The position numbers and the translations under genes are program-made. From the human T2T-CHM13v2.0 reference genome, Homo sapiens, in the NCBI RefSeq assembly GCF_009914755.1, contig NC_060931.1: a stretch of 64,000 nucleotides of DNA; one strand, given 5' to 3'. Below the pieces are notes generated by a model. That model saw only the letters and a list, made by a program, of their open reading frames with translations, did not search any database and was not told where the DNA came from. This document shows positions 41,825-60,637 of this stretch, piece by piece (the first letter of the stretch is position 1; the number at the start of each line of letters is the position of its first letter).

Positions 41825-42330
41825 TTTCAAAGCAAGTCTGTAAATTCTTTAACATTCTTCCCATCAAGAAGAGAGACCTATCTCCTGCCCTGGAACATGG
41901 GTAGCACTTTTGACTGTCGGCATGCATATAATATGGTGGAAGTGACACTGCTTGACTTGTGAAGCTGGATCACAATGGGTTATTGACTTCCACCAGCCTG
42001 TCTCCGGGGACAGGTGACTTCATGTAAGAAGTCCAGCTACCCTGACAGAGAGTCCACATGGAGGGAGCACACTGTAATAGACAGAGGTGCCTGAGGAGCC
42101 CCGGCTGTTCCAGCCGCCAGCTATTTAGGTCTTCCCAAGTCAGGCACCAGAGAGTATGAATGGACAGGCCTTCAAGAGAACTCTAGCCCCAGCCATTGTC
42201 TGATTGTCACTGCATGAGGACCAAAAACTGCCTAGCTGAGCCCCATCAACCCCTAAAGAAGTGAAAGATAGTAATGACAAATGCTTGCTGTTGTTTTATA
42301 GCACTAAGTTCTGAGTGGTTTGTTGTGCTG
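41825..42330 (+). mobile_element. MaLR LTR (MLT1G/H-like)
   Basis: ggaagtgacactg..catgtaagaagtcc..ctagctgagcccc..gcactaagttctgagtggtttgtt. Confidence 0.6.
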
Positions 42331-45300
42331 CAGGCTCCAAGAGAAGTAACTTTCTGAGATCACTCAGGAATTTCTTAGTGGAACTGGGGCTAGAATCAAT
42401 TCGCTGCATTTAATGCAGTATTAACCAGACAACTGTGTTGGGCCCTGGGGACCAGAGAAGAATTAAGACACAGCCCAAGCCTTCCCCTGGTCTGAGCTTC
42501 CTCTTCCTGCCTTCATAGTCATGGCAGCTCCTTCTTGCTGGGAGTGGGATAGAGGAGCCCTAGGGCTGCTGGCTTCTGGAAGGAACTGGCTCCAGGGCAC
42601 CCTGGCTATTCCGCTGCTCCATGCTGTGTGCAGGTGGCTCTGGCACCAAGAGGTGGCACCAAACCTGCTGCCAGCCTTGGCTTTCTCACCAGTCCTGCTC
42701 TGATGAATTGACAGGCTGTGTTTGGAATTGAGCATGGCGGTATTACAAAGGCAAGTGGGTACCACATAACCTGCCTGCAGTGTTGCTTTGTTCTGATGAA
42801 TTACACCGAGTGCCTGGATTCACATTTGGCTGGATTGTCAGGAAAAATATGTGTTCTGGGTGCCAGCTGATCTTTTCATCTAGCTTCTGTCCTCAGGTAA
42901 ACATTCCCTGTTAAAATTCTAAATTTCCATCTGCTTCCTCTAAAGAGATTGGTAAAAAGGCAAAAAACACCTAAGAATCAGTGTTACTTGTAATGAGCCC
43001 AGGGCTGCTGCAGGGGGCACCATATACATAGAATAGCAGGTGAGCGGGGTCCCCAGGGCTGAAGTATTATGCTCTAGGCCAGAAAAAGGATATTTTTTTT
43101 TTTTATTCCTGGGATACAGATAATGTATTTTCACATAACATCCACATGTTTCATGAATTAAGCCAACAAATATTTACCAAGCATCCTTTAAATCCTTTAG
43201 TATTTAAAGTATCATTTTTTGCAAAAAAATATATATATATATATGAGGCCCAACTTATTTTTGCCTGTCATGAAATCAAAGGCCAATTAAATAATCACTG
43301 CCAAATTTATATTCCTTTTTTATAGGTTTTGTTTATTCAAGGCATTCTTGTACAGTAAAGGGCAGGAAAAGGAGAGGGAGAGGGAAAGGGAGAAGAGGAA
43401 GAAGGAGGAAGGTGTGTGTGTTGGGAGTAGGGAGAAGCTTTGCAAATGGTAAACCTGGGTTATTATTTGACTTTTGGTTAAAAAAAAAAGTTGCATCAAA
43501 TTAAGCAGTAAGCAATCATGAAGCAGGCAGTGACATGCATAGAGCAGATTTTCCTAAATCATCTTCCCCAGAACGCCAATTCGCTAAGATGTTAATAAGC
43601 ATTTTCCAAATAAAGATTTTCATTTTTCAGATAAATTCAGGATCGGCTGCATCTCCACTCCTGGTGAGTGACAAATTCGTTTTAGCATGTTAAAGGCTCT
43701 GGAAAATGCTAGGGTAAAAGCAAAATGAAACACAAAACAAGAAGCTTGATTGACTTCCTTTAGCCTGGCACCCCCCAGATGCTAAACCTCTGTTATTGAA
43801 GTCGCTGAGGAACAGAGCCCATGGCACATGTGGAAAATCCTCTGCTGGATGAGGTGACTGTGCGATGGTCTCTGCTAGCTCCCTGCTAGGTCAGAGTGGA
43901 GCACTGGAGAAACACCAAACTCTTACCCAGGAGGGAAAAGGTCTGTTTCTCTGGCATCCTGCCTTTTGGTGGGGAGAAAAACTTCCAGTTTGAGTCTGAG
44001 GTGAAAATCGCTTTCCCGTTGCATCAAAGTCATGGAAACCCTGATGTGCCGTTATACCATTCAACATTCCCATCCCTGCAGTGCCTCAGGCTTTTGCAGT
44101 TTGCCCTCCTCATGCCCTTTACTGGATCATGACCTTCTTCCAGCTGCCATTCCATTTTCACAGTCATTTCCATGCCCCATTTGGCTAACTCACCACTCCC
44201 TCAAAATGAGATGCCCAGGTCAAAAAGCAGAGCTTTGCCCCATGTCCTTCCTGGAGCCTGGAGACTCCTGCCGAGTCCAGAGGGAGCAGCGAGCATGCCA
44301 GAGAAGGGCCCCTGCTAGGGACTGCTTCTGCTGTGAACATTTGGGTCCTGTTCCTGTGCTTTCCCACACCTCTCCCAGATGCTGCCGCAACCTTTACATG
44401 AATGCTCAGCCTGTTTCCTCCTGTCTCAAATGTCCTTATTTCAGGGTTGGGATAAAGAGTAAAAAAATACGTTTAGAGTATTAAGCCTAGTGCCTGCCTG
44501 CAATAGGTGCTCAACAAATAGATGCTATTACTGATCATCACTATTCTTGCCTTATCTTCCCAAAGCGTCTTCATACTGAGAATACAAATGAGGTCAGGTT
44601 AACAGGACCAATTTAAATCTCACTGACTGCTTGGCCTCATTTGCATCTGCAGACCTTCACACCTCCTCCACCTGTAAGCTCCAGGCCAGTATTTCTGGGA
44701 CTCTCCGGAGGGTGTCTCATGGGTATGTAAGAACAAGCCCACTCTCTGTGCCACGCAAGCCTGCTCATGGCTCACTTGTCACCAGAATGCCCGCCACCAG
44801 CTGTCACAGCTGCATGGGGTGCAGGAGTGAGGCCCTGGCTCCACCTGGCACAGCAACTCCATGTTGGTGGTTATGGCCTGTGTGCCACCCATCTGCTCTT
44901 CTGTCCTAAGAACAGACTGTGCTGTGGTCTCTGAGCAGCCAGCTTTTTGTGTTACTGGCTGTTGGACGGGGGCCGAGTAGGGCTCCTTGAGACCTCCCAT
45001 GTTAGAATTTACTGACAGAGTTTTTCTTTTTGGAATTCTCACCTTTTTCCTCCTTAGGAAAGGAGCTGGCCTAGGGACGGGATGAGTCACTTCCTTCACA
45101 GGGAGCTTGGAGTCTCTGCTGTCTTCACCACTGAAAGCTTTGTTGTCAGGTCCAGCGTCTTGCTCTGGCACCACCTCATGTGGGAGGTGTTCTCCCCTGG
45201 TGCTCTATTCCGTTCCTTACAAGAAGTCAGCCCCCATAGTGGGCCCAGACTGAGTCCTCTTCCAGGAGGCTCTTCTGCCTGTGCAAAGGGGCCACCGCCA

Positions 45301-47582
45301 GCCCAGCCCTTAGTGCGCTGGTCTCAGTCTCAGTGGCCCCACCATGGTGCTGCCCTATGGGAGCAAACTCTCCCTCATCTCCATCCTCCTCACAGCACTA
45401 GCCACTGTGGTGACCATGGGTCCTACCCGATCCTGCTGGTGACTCCCTGCCACCATTGCCAGGACACAGCTCTTTCTGGCCCAGAGTGACAATTCTGGCA
45501 AATTTAACTTGATATTGGCTATCCAAGGACAAGTATATGGTGAGCACTAAGCACCAGGCATTGTGTGTAGCTTCTGGCTCTCATAGATTTGTTAGGATTC
45601 CCCTGTAATGGCGGTGGTGGTGACAGGAGCTTACTCTACCCTGGGCAGGAACCAGGCTGCAAACCCAAGTCTGGCTAAATCAAAGTCCAGGCTTCCTAGA
45701 GACTCACTGTCTCTTTGTTCCTTACTGGAATCTTTGCTCTTATCCTCACACCTGTGCCACGCAAAGCCCCTCAGGAGCTAGGCTGATCATGACTGGACCC
45801 CGCACAGTCACCCAGCATGCTCCTCCCCATTGCCTCTAAGCTGGCCAGGACCCTGGGGGACTTTCCCCATGCACTACCCTGACACCTTTCTGGGGCACTG
45901 TAGTAACTATCCACAGCCCCTCCTGGAGTGTGTCTCTTCATCCTGAGGTCTAAAATCCTGATAATCTCCCCCAGTGAACCTGCAGTTTCTCCGAGGGGCC
46001 AGGTCCTCTGAGGACATGGGTCCCCTGGTGACTGCCTTGCCATTACTGGACCTTCTCAGATGAGGGTGCAGACCACATCCCATGATCCCCAAGGAGCATT
46101 AGCCCAGAGGAAACACCTGATCAATCCCTGCCAATTTACGCTAAAAGCCACCATTTAAAAACAAAAACAAAAACAAAACCCTCATCAGGATGACCTCCTA
46201 TACCACAAAACCTTGCCCTCAGCAGAACTCTCTATAGGTCTCAAAGGTGACAGTACGAAGCACTGCTGGAAATTCCCACTCTCCTAGCATCCTATTTATT
46301 GATCACATAGCTGCCTCCCGGGGGTAGAACCACTGGGAAATGTGTATGAACAGCACTCATCAACCATCACGTTTTTATTTGGCATTAGCTCCATGCCCAG
46401 TGAAGTGCCAGTTACAGACTGAGATTCATTTAAAAAATAGAAAGCATGGTCCTGTAAATAATTTGCAATTAACCAGGGAGATACACTTATACTGGAGAAT
46501 TGAAGAACAGCTACAAGTACGCACCGTAAGTAGGAAAGTCCTACAGCTTCCCTGGCTTCCTCCCACTCTCAGCCCTGCAAGCTCACCCAAGCCGAGCAGC
46601 CCACTGGCTGTACCTCAAACGTGCCAAGCGACTCCTGCCTCAGGGGCTTCTCCTGGTTATTCCTGTGCCCTGGAAAAACCTTCCGCCAGACCTTCCCAAT
46701 ACTCCCTGCCTCACTTCCATCCATTCTCTGCTTCAATTCCCCTTCGCAGAGAGGCCTCCCTGGTCACTGTCTCTAAAACAGTTCCTCCTCTTACTCACTC
46801 TTCTTACTTTGCTTTAGTGTAGCACTTGTCACTACCAGATCTCCCACTTGTTATTTACTTGTTTTTTTGTGTGTATTAACTACATATGTATTTCAGTTGA
46901 AAGGTCTGTTCAAAACTTTGATCCTTTTTGAAATTTCCTTGGTTTTTATTGTTGCATTTTAGAGTTTTTGAGTTTATTCTGTTTTGTTTACTGTTGTATC
47001 TCCAGAGTCTTGAATAGCACCTGCCACAAAGGAAGCTATTTCCTGAGGAAATGAGGGAATAAATGAAGGGATGGATAAATGAATGAATGAATGAGACAGA
47101 CTATGCCTCGTGGTAGGATTTATATAAAATAAGAATAATATAAAAATAATGCAATTTTATATTTGCATATCACTCATTCCATATATGTGATTGTGAGATG
47201 TATCCCATCTGTGTGGTGTGTGTCTGTGGGTATGTATGTGTGAGTGGTGAGTTTGTGCATGCTGTTTATGTGGATCTAGCCAATTGACCACTGTGCAGGA
47301 GGAAGAACTCAGACCTTGGAGTCAGAGGAATCTGGCTTCACATCCCTGCTTGCTCACTTGTTAACTATATGACAGTAAGTATGTTTCTCGACTTTTCCAA
47401 ACCTGGGTTTATTCACGTTAACATGGGGATAAAAGTACCTCTTTCATAGATTTGTTATGGGGGTGAAATGAGACAACATACAACATACTTAAGACACTCT
47501 ACAAATGAGAAATGCTTAGAAAAAACTTTTTTATATGTATGCTTTTCTTTTGATTTCCTAATTTTTAATTTACATAAGGTAA

Positions 47583-47933
<351 letters not shown>

Positions 47934-49453
47934 CCAATCAAGTTTTATGACCCCAAAGTGTTCCTTCTAACTGTCCCCCATTTGGGGCAACTTCTCTCAC
48001 TCCAAACTCTTGGCAACCACTGATTTGTTCTTCTTTCCTGTAGTTTTGCCTTTTCCAGGGTAGCGTGTAAATGGATTACCATATGTAGCTTTTTGAGCCT
48101 AGCTTCTTAAATTTAGCATAATGAATTTGAGAATCTTCCATGTTGCATGTATCAATAGTTTGTTCCTTTTTATGGTTGAATTTGCTTATTCATTGTGTAT
48201 CCATTCACTAAAGGACATTTAAGTTGTTTCCAGCTTTGGGTGATTATGGATAAAGCTGCTATATTACATTTGCATAATGGTTTTATATGAACATAAGTTT
48301 TCATTTTTTTGGATAAGTACCTTAAAATGAGATTGCTGGATCAGATCGTAAGTGTGTATTTAAGTTTCTTATAAGAAACTACCAAACTGTTGTTCAAATG
48401 TTCCAGTGGCCTGAATCCTCACTAATACATTGTACTGTCATATTGTGTTTAAACTTTAGCCTCCTAATTGGCAGGTAGTGGTTTCAGTTTGTATTTCCCT
48501 GATGACTATTGATGTTGACTGTCTTTCCATGCGCTTACTTGCCATACATATGTATTTTAGTTGAAGTGTCTGTTCAAAATGTTGATTCTTTAAAAAATTT
48601 CCTTGTGTTTTTATTGTTGCATTTTAGAGTTCTTTTTATATTCTGGATACAAGTCTTTTGTCATATATGTAATTCACAGATGGTTTTTTCCTGGTCTGTG
48701 GCTTTTCTTTGCATTATTTTGACAATGTCATTTGCAAAGCAAATTCTTAATTTTTAATGAATTCTAATTTACCAATTTTTTTCCTTGAAAGTATTGTTTT
48801 GGTGTTATTAATATAAGAATTTTTGCCTAATTTAGGGATGTAATAATTTTCTCCTATATTTTCCTTTAAAAGTTTATAGTTTTACATTTTATACTTAGCT
48901 CTATGATTCATTTTGCATTAATTTTGTTAAAAAGACTATCCTTTCTCCACTGAATTACCTTTGTATGTTTTTAGAAATTCAGTTGACCATATTTATATAG
49001 GTCTATTTCTGGACTTTATTTTATTTGATTGACTTAGGTGTTTATCCTTTTGCCAATATCACGCTTGATTACACTAACTTGAAATAAAGTGGTATGAGTT
49101 TTCCAACTTTGCTCTTTTTCAAATTTGTTTTGCTATTCTCATTCTTTTGCTTTACCCTATATACTTTAGAATCAGCTTGCCAATATATATAAATAATTTT
49201 GTGGAGATTTTGATTATGATTGCATTGAACCTATAGATAAATTTGGGGAGAATTGACATCTTATGAATATCCCATAAACACAGTATATCTTCCCATTTAT
49301 TTGGCCTTTCTTTGGGATTTTTTTTTTTAAATCAGGGTTTATAACATATAGATCCTGCGGATATTGCATTTACTCTCAATATTTTATTTTATGGCACTAT
49401 TATAAATGGCATAATGTAAAAGTTCAATAAAATTATTTATTGGTAGTATATAG

Positions 49454-49805
<352 letters not shown>

Positions 49806-50877
49806 TGATCTTTTTAGTCAATTTGATTATGAGCTCTAGAGCTTTCTTAGAGATTCCTTGGAATTTTCTACATAATGCCTTTTATTTCTTTTTCTGGCCT
49901 TATTGCACTGGCTAGGCCTTCCAGAACAATGTTGTAAAAAAGTGGTAAGAGCAAAAGTCTTTCTCTTGTTTCCTATTTTAGGGGAATGCAGTCTTTTTCC
50001 ATTAAGTGTGAAATCAACTATACAGTTTTTTCTACATGCCCTTTATCAGTTTAAAAAAAATTTCCTTCCATTATTAGTTTGCTGAGAATTTGTATCATGA
50101 ATAGATATTGAAAATTTCAAATGTGTTTTCTGTATCTACTGAAGCAATCGTGGTTTTCCTTCTTAACCTGTTAATATAGTTAATTATATTGATTGACTTT
50201 CAAATGTTGAACCAGCCTTACATTCCCAAGATAAATCCTGCTTAGTCATGGTACATTATCCTTTGTTAATATTGCTGGAATAGATTCACTAAAATTTTGT
50301 TCAGAATTACTTCACCTATGTTCATAAGGGATATTGGTCTGGTTTTAATGCTGGTCTAATTCTAGCCTAATAAAATGGGTTGTGAAGTATTTCCTTCTTT
50401 TTCTATTTTTGAGAAAAGATTATATAGATTTGTTACTTCTTCCTTAAATGTTTGGGAGAATTACTCAGTAAAACCATCTGGACGTCGAGTTTTCTTTTTT
50501 GAAGTATTTTAACTACAAATTCAATTTCTCTAATAGATATGAGACAAATCAAGTTATCTAATTTCTTCACCAAGCTTTGGTAGTTTGTATGTTTCAAGGA
50601 ATTAGTCCATTTAATTCCTGATTTAACCCTGATTTAAACACAAATTTGTGGTAATACAGTCATTTGTTTTTCTGTAGTGATATCCACTCTTCCATTCCTG
50701 ATATTGATAGCTTTTGTCTTCTCTCTCTCTCTCCTTCTTGCTTAGTATAACTAGAGATTTATGCATTTTATTGATATTTTCATTGGCTTTGTCTATTGTT
50801 TTTCTGCTTTCATTTTCACTGACTTTTGTTTTTATTTTTGTTAATTCATTTTCTCTGCTTGCTTTGGGTTTAGTTTG

Positions 50878-51192
50878 TTCTTTTTTCTTTTTTTTGTTGT
50901 TTGTTTGTTTTATGGAGTTTCATTCTTAGCATCTAGGCTGGAGTGCAATAGCACAATCTTGGCTCAACTGCAATCTCCGCCTCCCAGGTTCAATAGATTC
51001 TTCTGCCTCAGCCTCCCCAGTAGCTGGGATTACAGGCGCCTGCCATCACACCCAGCTAATTTTTTGTATTTTTAGTAGAGAAGGTGTTTCACCATGTTGG
51101 CCTGGCTGGTCTCAAACTCCTGACTTCAGGTGATCCACCCGCCTCGGCCTCCCAAAGTTCTGGGATTACAGGGGTGAACCACCGTGCTCAGC
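50878..51192 (-). mobile_element. AluS
   Basis: Antisense dimer. Confidence 0.85.
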
Positions 51193-54100
51193 TGTTTGTT
51201 CTTTTTTTCTAATGTCTCACTGTGGAAGCTTAAGTTATTGATTTGAGACTTCCTTTTCTAATATGAGCATTTAGTGCTATAATTTTCTTCTCTCTAAGCA
51301 CTTCCACAATTTTTTATAAATTGTATTTTTATTATTAATTATTTTAAAATATTTTATTATTTCCCTTGAAACTTACTTGACCAATGCGTTATTTAGAACT
51401 TTGTTGTTTAAATTCCAAATGTTTAGGTATTTTCTAGATATCCTTGATTTTTTATTTTTTTCTTTAACCATTTATGGTCATACATATTATTGTCAACATA
51501 TTTGGTATGATTTCAATTATTTTAAAATTGTTAAGGTTTATTTAATGGTTCAGAATGTGTCCTCTATAGGTACTTGAAAAGAATGTGTTTTGCTGTTTTG
51601 GAGTGGGTTGGCACCTGTTAGTGGTTTTTCCCTTGACTACTGGTCACATTTTCCTGGTTCTTTGTATGTTAAGTAGTTTCGGATTGTATTTTAGACAATC
51701 TGATATTATGTTGTGAGACTCTGAGTCCTGTTAAAATCCTCTAGAGAATATTGATTCTCCATAATGACCACCCTGTTATGCAGTTCCACACAACTGGAGA
51801 GACAAAGAGAACAAAAACAAAAATTTTCCCCCATCCACTTGGGATGTTAGGGAACTCTTTTGAAGATCCTCTGACAAGAGAGACAGTGGTTTGTTTGTTT
51901 GCTTTCTCAGTGTTTCAGGTGTTCATGCCACAACTGCTGCAGAGAAGCTCTAGACTGTGGCCACTCCTCGCTTAGAGATAGGAGGAAAAAAGAGGGGAAA
52001 AACAGAAAGAAAAAAAGCCTTGGAATATATTCTACACTTTTCAGCTTACAGAGGTCTCTGTATCTGTTTGGTTCAACAAAGGAGATTTCTCTGAGTTTTG
52101 ATGTCTGCTCCTACTGCTCAGTTCCATAATTAGGGCCATTTTCATTTCAAAGCAGTGAGATACAAAAGCAAAAATAACTCAGGATTCTCATCCTAATACT
52201 GGTTTTTCTTCAAATTTTGACTTTCAAACTATCTTCTGGTGTTTACTTTTCAGAGTCCTTAAATAGTTTCTTTCTGTATTCATTTTTAGCTGTAATCTGT
52301 GAGAGAGACAGGCTATAGAGGGCTGACTTTATCTTGGCCGGCAATGGCGGTCTCAGTAATATTTAACATCTAATAATTATTGAATTCCATGTACAACTCG
52401 CATCTCCTATCCTACCCTCTTTAGGAGGGCTTTTAAGAATGCTGGATAGTGGGAATTTTAGAGACATTGTGGGATGACTTCTGTTTTCACTGGGAGAGGT
52501 GGAAACAGCTTTGTTAGGTAAGCGTTTTCTGGCATCTACTTGGGACTCATTTGCATATTGGTAGCTTCAACCTCACACAAATCATGTTGATCCGGTATCC
52601 CATTTTTATGTTCACACTCTGGAAACATGTACTACTACTGCCACCTATATCTACAATACTTAGTGTAATTGCTGGTTTATATGTCTGTCTCCTCCTTGAG
52701 GTTCCTTAAGGACAGAGAATGTTCTCTGCCTTCTGAGCTCCTAGCACAAATTCTGGCACATAGAAGGAACATAATAATTTTTTTAAAATTTGTGACCTTG
52801 CTTTAAAATTGAATTTCATACTCTTGGAATGAGGGATAACATTTTTCTTGTCTTAAACAAGTATGATAAAAATACCCAACACATCTCTGAGAACCATCTT
52901 GTAATTGCAGCCATCTCATGCCTGAGAAAGGTAAACACTACACACAGGAGTATCATGGAGTGGCCACACTGTGTCTTCTCTGCTTCAGAGATAGGTAAAT
53001 CAAGGCATGGGAAAGTCAGGTGTCTTTGTATTCAAACTCAGATTATTAAGCACCTCAAAGAAACTGAAATGGAGAATCTGTGTCAACTCTTTCTTAGAAT
53101 GGCAGTTCTGATCTCAATTTCCTTCAACTGCGTAATAGAATACACAACTCAGTATCTATTTACACATCACTGCTTTTTCTTTTTGCATTAAGACATCATT
53201 TTAGAATAGGTTTTCTGACTTTCTCTGTGTCTCTGACTGCATTAACTACCAAAAGCGTGGCTGAGCCACACTTCACTGACATCATCGTGCTCCCAGCTCA
53301 AATCATTTTCATCCTATTGTGAAGCAAAAGCCTTAAAAATGCTCTTTAGTTTTTTTATTTTTTTTATTTTTAAAGGGCATTTACATCCAGCCATTTTATG
53401 AGTGCAGTCAAGGCAATTTCATGTTATCTTCCAAGACTTTTACACACTTGGAGAGCCTGGCAAAATGCATTCGAGATGTTTGAGCAAGAGGTCCCATCAG
53501 TCATTCACCTGCATGTTTTAAATTGAGTGCCTGCCCTGTCCGGCTGAACGCTCCATTCATCGAATTGCCTGGAACAGCTCCATGGCCCTCAGGAGCCTCA
53601 TGCACATCTCACACTGTTGCAAAATTGCCTTCAGACAGGATTCTGATTTCCGTCAGAGAATTTTAAATTCCAGCTAATGGAATGCTTTGAAGGCATGTGC
53701 CACAGACTTCTGCCCAGTGCAAGTCCTGTGTGTGAGCAAATCTAGCAGGGACTCCAGAGCCTGGACAGCAGAAAGCTGCACTTCCTCAAGAGGATGCAGG
53801 ATCCTCTCACTTTCCCAGTTATCCTACAGCTGACTAGTCAGCTGAGGGATTCACCTGGCGTCTGTATCTCCCCACTAGCTTCTTACTGTGGGAAGAGAAA
53901 GAATAGGATCCTGCTGGGAGCCAGGAGTCCCTGGGTTTAATTAATGGCCTTTTGGCTTTCTTCCCTTCCCCTCTCCACTGTGTGCACTGGTGGACACTGG
54001 TCCCCATCCCTGAGGTTCAGTCCTGCCCTGGATTCCAGGTCTACACCAAGCCCGAGAAGGTTCTGGATGAGAAGAGCTGAGTAATTTGCTTGGTCAACAA

Positions 54101-55225
54101 TTTTTGAAACAATGCTTGAGATAACCTTTGGAATCTGGGTTCTTCAACTACACGGTTTCTGTCTTACTTTTCTCTTGCAGGAGGGTCAGTGCTTTCATTC
54201 CCAGCCAGCTATTCCTTGTTCTTCATGTCCTCTACCACCTAGTCCCAAATATACAATGAGAACTCCTGGATCTCTTAGTTTCTAGGTGTCTAGTTCTACT
54301 TCCCTTTAAATTAATGACTTCCATCCAGGACACAGTGGTTTTGTTTGATTGTATTAATGGATTAGACAGGCCCAAATCTAATGGCAAGCTTTGCCCCTGT
54401 CTAGTTGGAGGGCCTTAAGAAAGGCACTTGACATCTCTGAGACCCAATTTTCTCATCTGCAAAACAGTTTTACTAAGATGTCCTGAAGATTAAATTATAT
54501 AATATATAAAGAGTCTAGGAAAGAGTAAGCCTGTAAATGATGGCTATTATTATTATTTTTACTAGTGTTTGACTATCCATTTCCTCCATGACTGTTGCCT
54601 GGGTTTCCAGTGCTCTTCAGACTTATTTTTCTTTGATCACACATCAGTGAGTCCATGGCTAAATGAGTCTATCTTTGGCTCAACTCTCACATTCAGATAT
54701 ATTCTATGCTTTCACCTGAACTTGGGGATCCTCCATGGATTACTGGTCCTACCTCAATTATTTTTCCTGCTTGTTCTCTGCCTTATTTGTCCTTCTACTT
54801 CCTGAGCCCCTAATTTATTCATGTGAAAAAGCAAAATTGCACAATGTAAATTCTATGAGAACAGCTTCACTCTAAGGTAAATTATAATGTCTTGTCTTAT
54901 TCAGGAAATGACTGGATGTTGATGTTCATGTATATCATCTACTAAAATGATAGAATGAATGCTTTAGACACTCTAGAAATAGTTTGTTCTATTTTTCTCT
55001 ACTTGACTGATGATCTCTTGGGATCAGAACAGATATTCACAATATTAAAACTATAGTAAATGGTTTTGTGGTTGTAACCAATGACAAATAATTTTTTCTT
55101 TTTGAATCTGACATCCTCCACATCTACTCTCTGGGATGGAAATGTCTTTAGTGATACTGCCAAAAGAAGCATCAGAGAGAGATTAGATAGAGATGACCTT
55201 TCCATGAATTTTAAGAGGAAGACTC

Positions 55226-57931
<2,706 letters not shown>

Positions 57932-60637
57932 GACTCCTTCCCTGGACACTAGAACCATGATGGCATTAGGGATGGAGTTATTAATGCATAATAGCAGAAA
58001 GCTCTTTACCTCAACATTATAAAGATAATAAAGGTATAGTTAACAATGATTGTACACACATTGTAGATTCCATTACAGTATTAAATTGAGCAATAGTGTT
58101 TGCAGCAAACTATGGGCATTATTCTTTAATTTCCCCTCCCATTAAATTATTCTTTAATTTCCCCTCCCATTAAAGGAGAGGGTGGTCTCTTTTCAGGTAA
58201 GGATTGCTCATCTTTTTCTTCTGCATGCCTCATGCCATGCATGCCCCATGCAGGTGTAAGCTAGATGGCATTCTGTATGTCAGGACCATTTTTCATTACT
58301 GCAAAATACTCAAACTAAGTTTTAAAGAAAAGAATTTCTATCCTATGCATTGCTATAAGGCTTTTTATTCCAACATATGGTATTAAATACGAGTTATGTG
58401 CTCAACTGTGAATTTATATGAAAAGGAGATTAGGACACAACAGGCATAGAGGAAAGATCATGTGAAGACACAGGGAGAAAACACTTATCTGCAAATCAAG
58501 AGGAAAGATCCCAGAAGATACTAACCCTCCTGATAGATACCTTGATCTCCGACACCTGTCTGTGGTACTTGATGATGGCACCCTAGCAAACTAACATAAT
58601 TGTGATGAAACACAGAGGCCCAAGAGTGGCCTTTGTGTTTCATTTCAGTGCTCTATGTTCTGGCCAATTGTCTGTCATCTTCCTTTGTGCGTGAATGAGT
58701 CCCCTGTGGGCAAAAGCAGAGGCCACCCGTGGAGACATACCTAGATGGGTGGCAGGCAGACAACCACTATCTGTCATCTACCCAACCACCACTTATGTCC
58801 TTTTCCCTCCACATCCCTCTTCTTTCAAAATCCCTCCCCTCCTACTCACCTTCTTCAGGTAGCAGGAGTGGGAGGTAGGAAAAAGCAATAGACTTATTAA
58901 TGTTAAAGATCCAAGCTGCAAACCTTTGCTTCTGATTAGCTTTTTGGTTTCAGACTCTTTCTCTAGGCAAAATTTTCTCAAAATTATCTGCTACAGGAAT
59001 TCAGAGAAACATTTAAAACTCTAAAAGTAGACCGATACCACCACCTTCCCCATCCTCCACCCAGCCAGCCTGTGACAGTAGGTAAAATCTGTATACCCAA
59101 CACCAATTCCCTTGATGGTATTTGGATCCATTTCCAATTGAGAAGCAGTCATCTATCCTTTTTCATTAGCTTCGCCTTCACTGGTGAGAAGTTAGTGGGA
59201 AGTAAAGACTCTGGAGGCCTGGAGTTGTTGGGTTTTAAAATTTTATGCCTGGAGGGTAAGTCCACTCTAGTAAATGTGAAGTTATTTTTAAACTTAAAGC
59301 CATGGAATACCACTACATTATAGTAACCAGCTATTTTGCAGTATAACCTACATTCATTCATGTATTGTTTGTATGAATGTTCTGTTTCCAGCATAATGGC
59401 TTTTAAAAATTAAAGATATAAATTAGCTATTATTAGAGAAACAGCACAATAGTAAAACTCCCATAAATTGGCATAAGAAAATATTAATAATAGACTCTAG
59501 AGGGGACAGTCTCTAAAGAATAAACAAACCATTGAGTAGAGAACAGAAATCCCACCCAACCAGTAAGTGCTCTATGCTGATCTTCAAACAATGGGTTCCT
59601 GGGTCTTAGCAATAACAACAAAAACAACTCACCACTAACCCAGTGCTTACTGAATCTCATATGCTTTACATGTATTACTTTATTTTTTTTTCCAAATGTC
59701 ACTTTTGAAGAAGATACCTTTAATATTTCCACTTTACAGATGATGAAATTTTAAAGTGTTATATAAATTGCCCAGCTAGTAAATGGTAGAGCAGGGATTC
59801 AAACCCAGCCTTAATATATATACTATTATTTTGATCCCCAGAGCACTCAATATAGTGTTGGGTACTTTTAAAAGAACTAAGAAAATGTTGAGCCATATGG
59901 GGGATGATTCAGCCATATTGTAGGGACAGAAAACAGTAAAAGTGACCCAAATACCCTATCTTTAAAATTTTTCTATGTTTTAACCATTTATTTTCCACAT
60001 TATTCTTTTGTGCAATGTTTGCTGAGCATCTGCTATGTTCCAGGTACGGTGTCGGGTGGAAAACAGGAATAAATAATATACAAACCCTTTTATTAAGTAA
60101 TTCAGAGTTCAATGAAAGACTTCAAAGGAAAACAGATCATTTTTAAATGATCGAACTATGTGACAGGTGGAGTGGCATTAGCAGAGCACAGAGGGGATGG
60201 TCAGGACTGGCTGCTGGCAGGAGGGGACATCTGAGCAGGTGAGAGGCAGGGGTGTGGGAGGAAGACATGTAAGACCTTAACAGGCAAGGGTACAGTGTGA
60301 GCACTGGCAGGAAAAAGAGTTGCTGGAAATTTCCAGCAATTCATTGTTGCTGAAGCAGAACGTGTGATGCCGGGCGGGTCCCTGATCGTGGAGTGGAGGA
60401 GGGATGCAAAGCATGGAGACCCTTTTAAGGCACCAGAGGAGGGAGAGAGATTGAACAAATAGGAGAGGTGGGTGGGTGAGGGAGAGAAGAGCCACTGAGA
60501 TCATCACAACTCAAACAAAACTAAAATGTAGTGCATGTCCTTGAGTTCTCTTGCTTTCTCCCATTTTCCATGAAAACGTGCAAACTAGCACCTTAACACT
60601 TTTTGTAATTTCATGACAAATGCTATCATATTTCATA

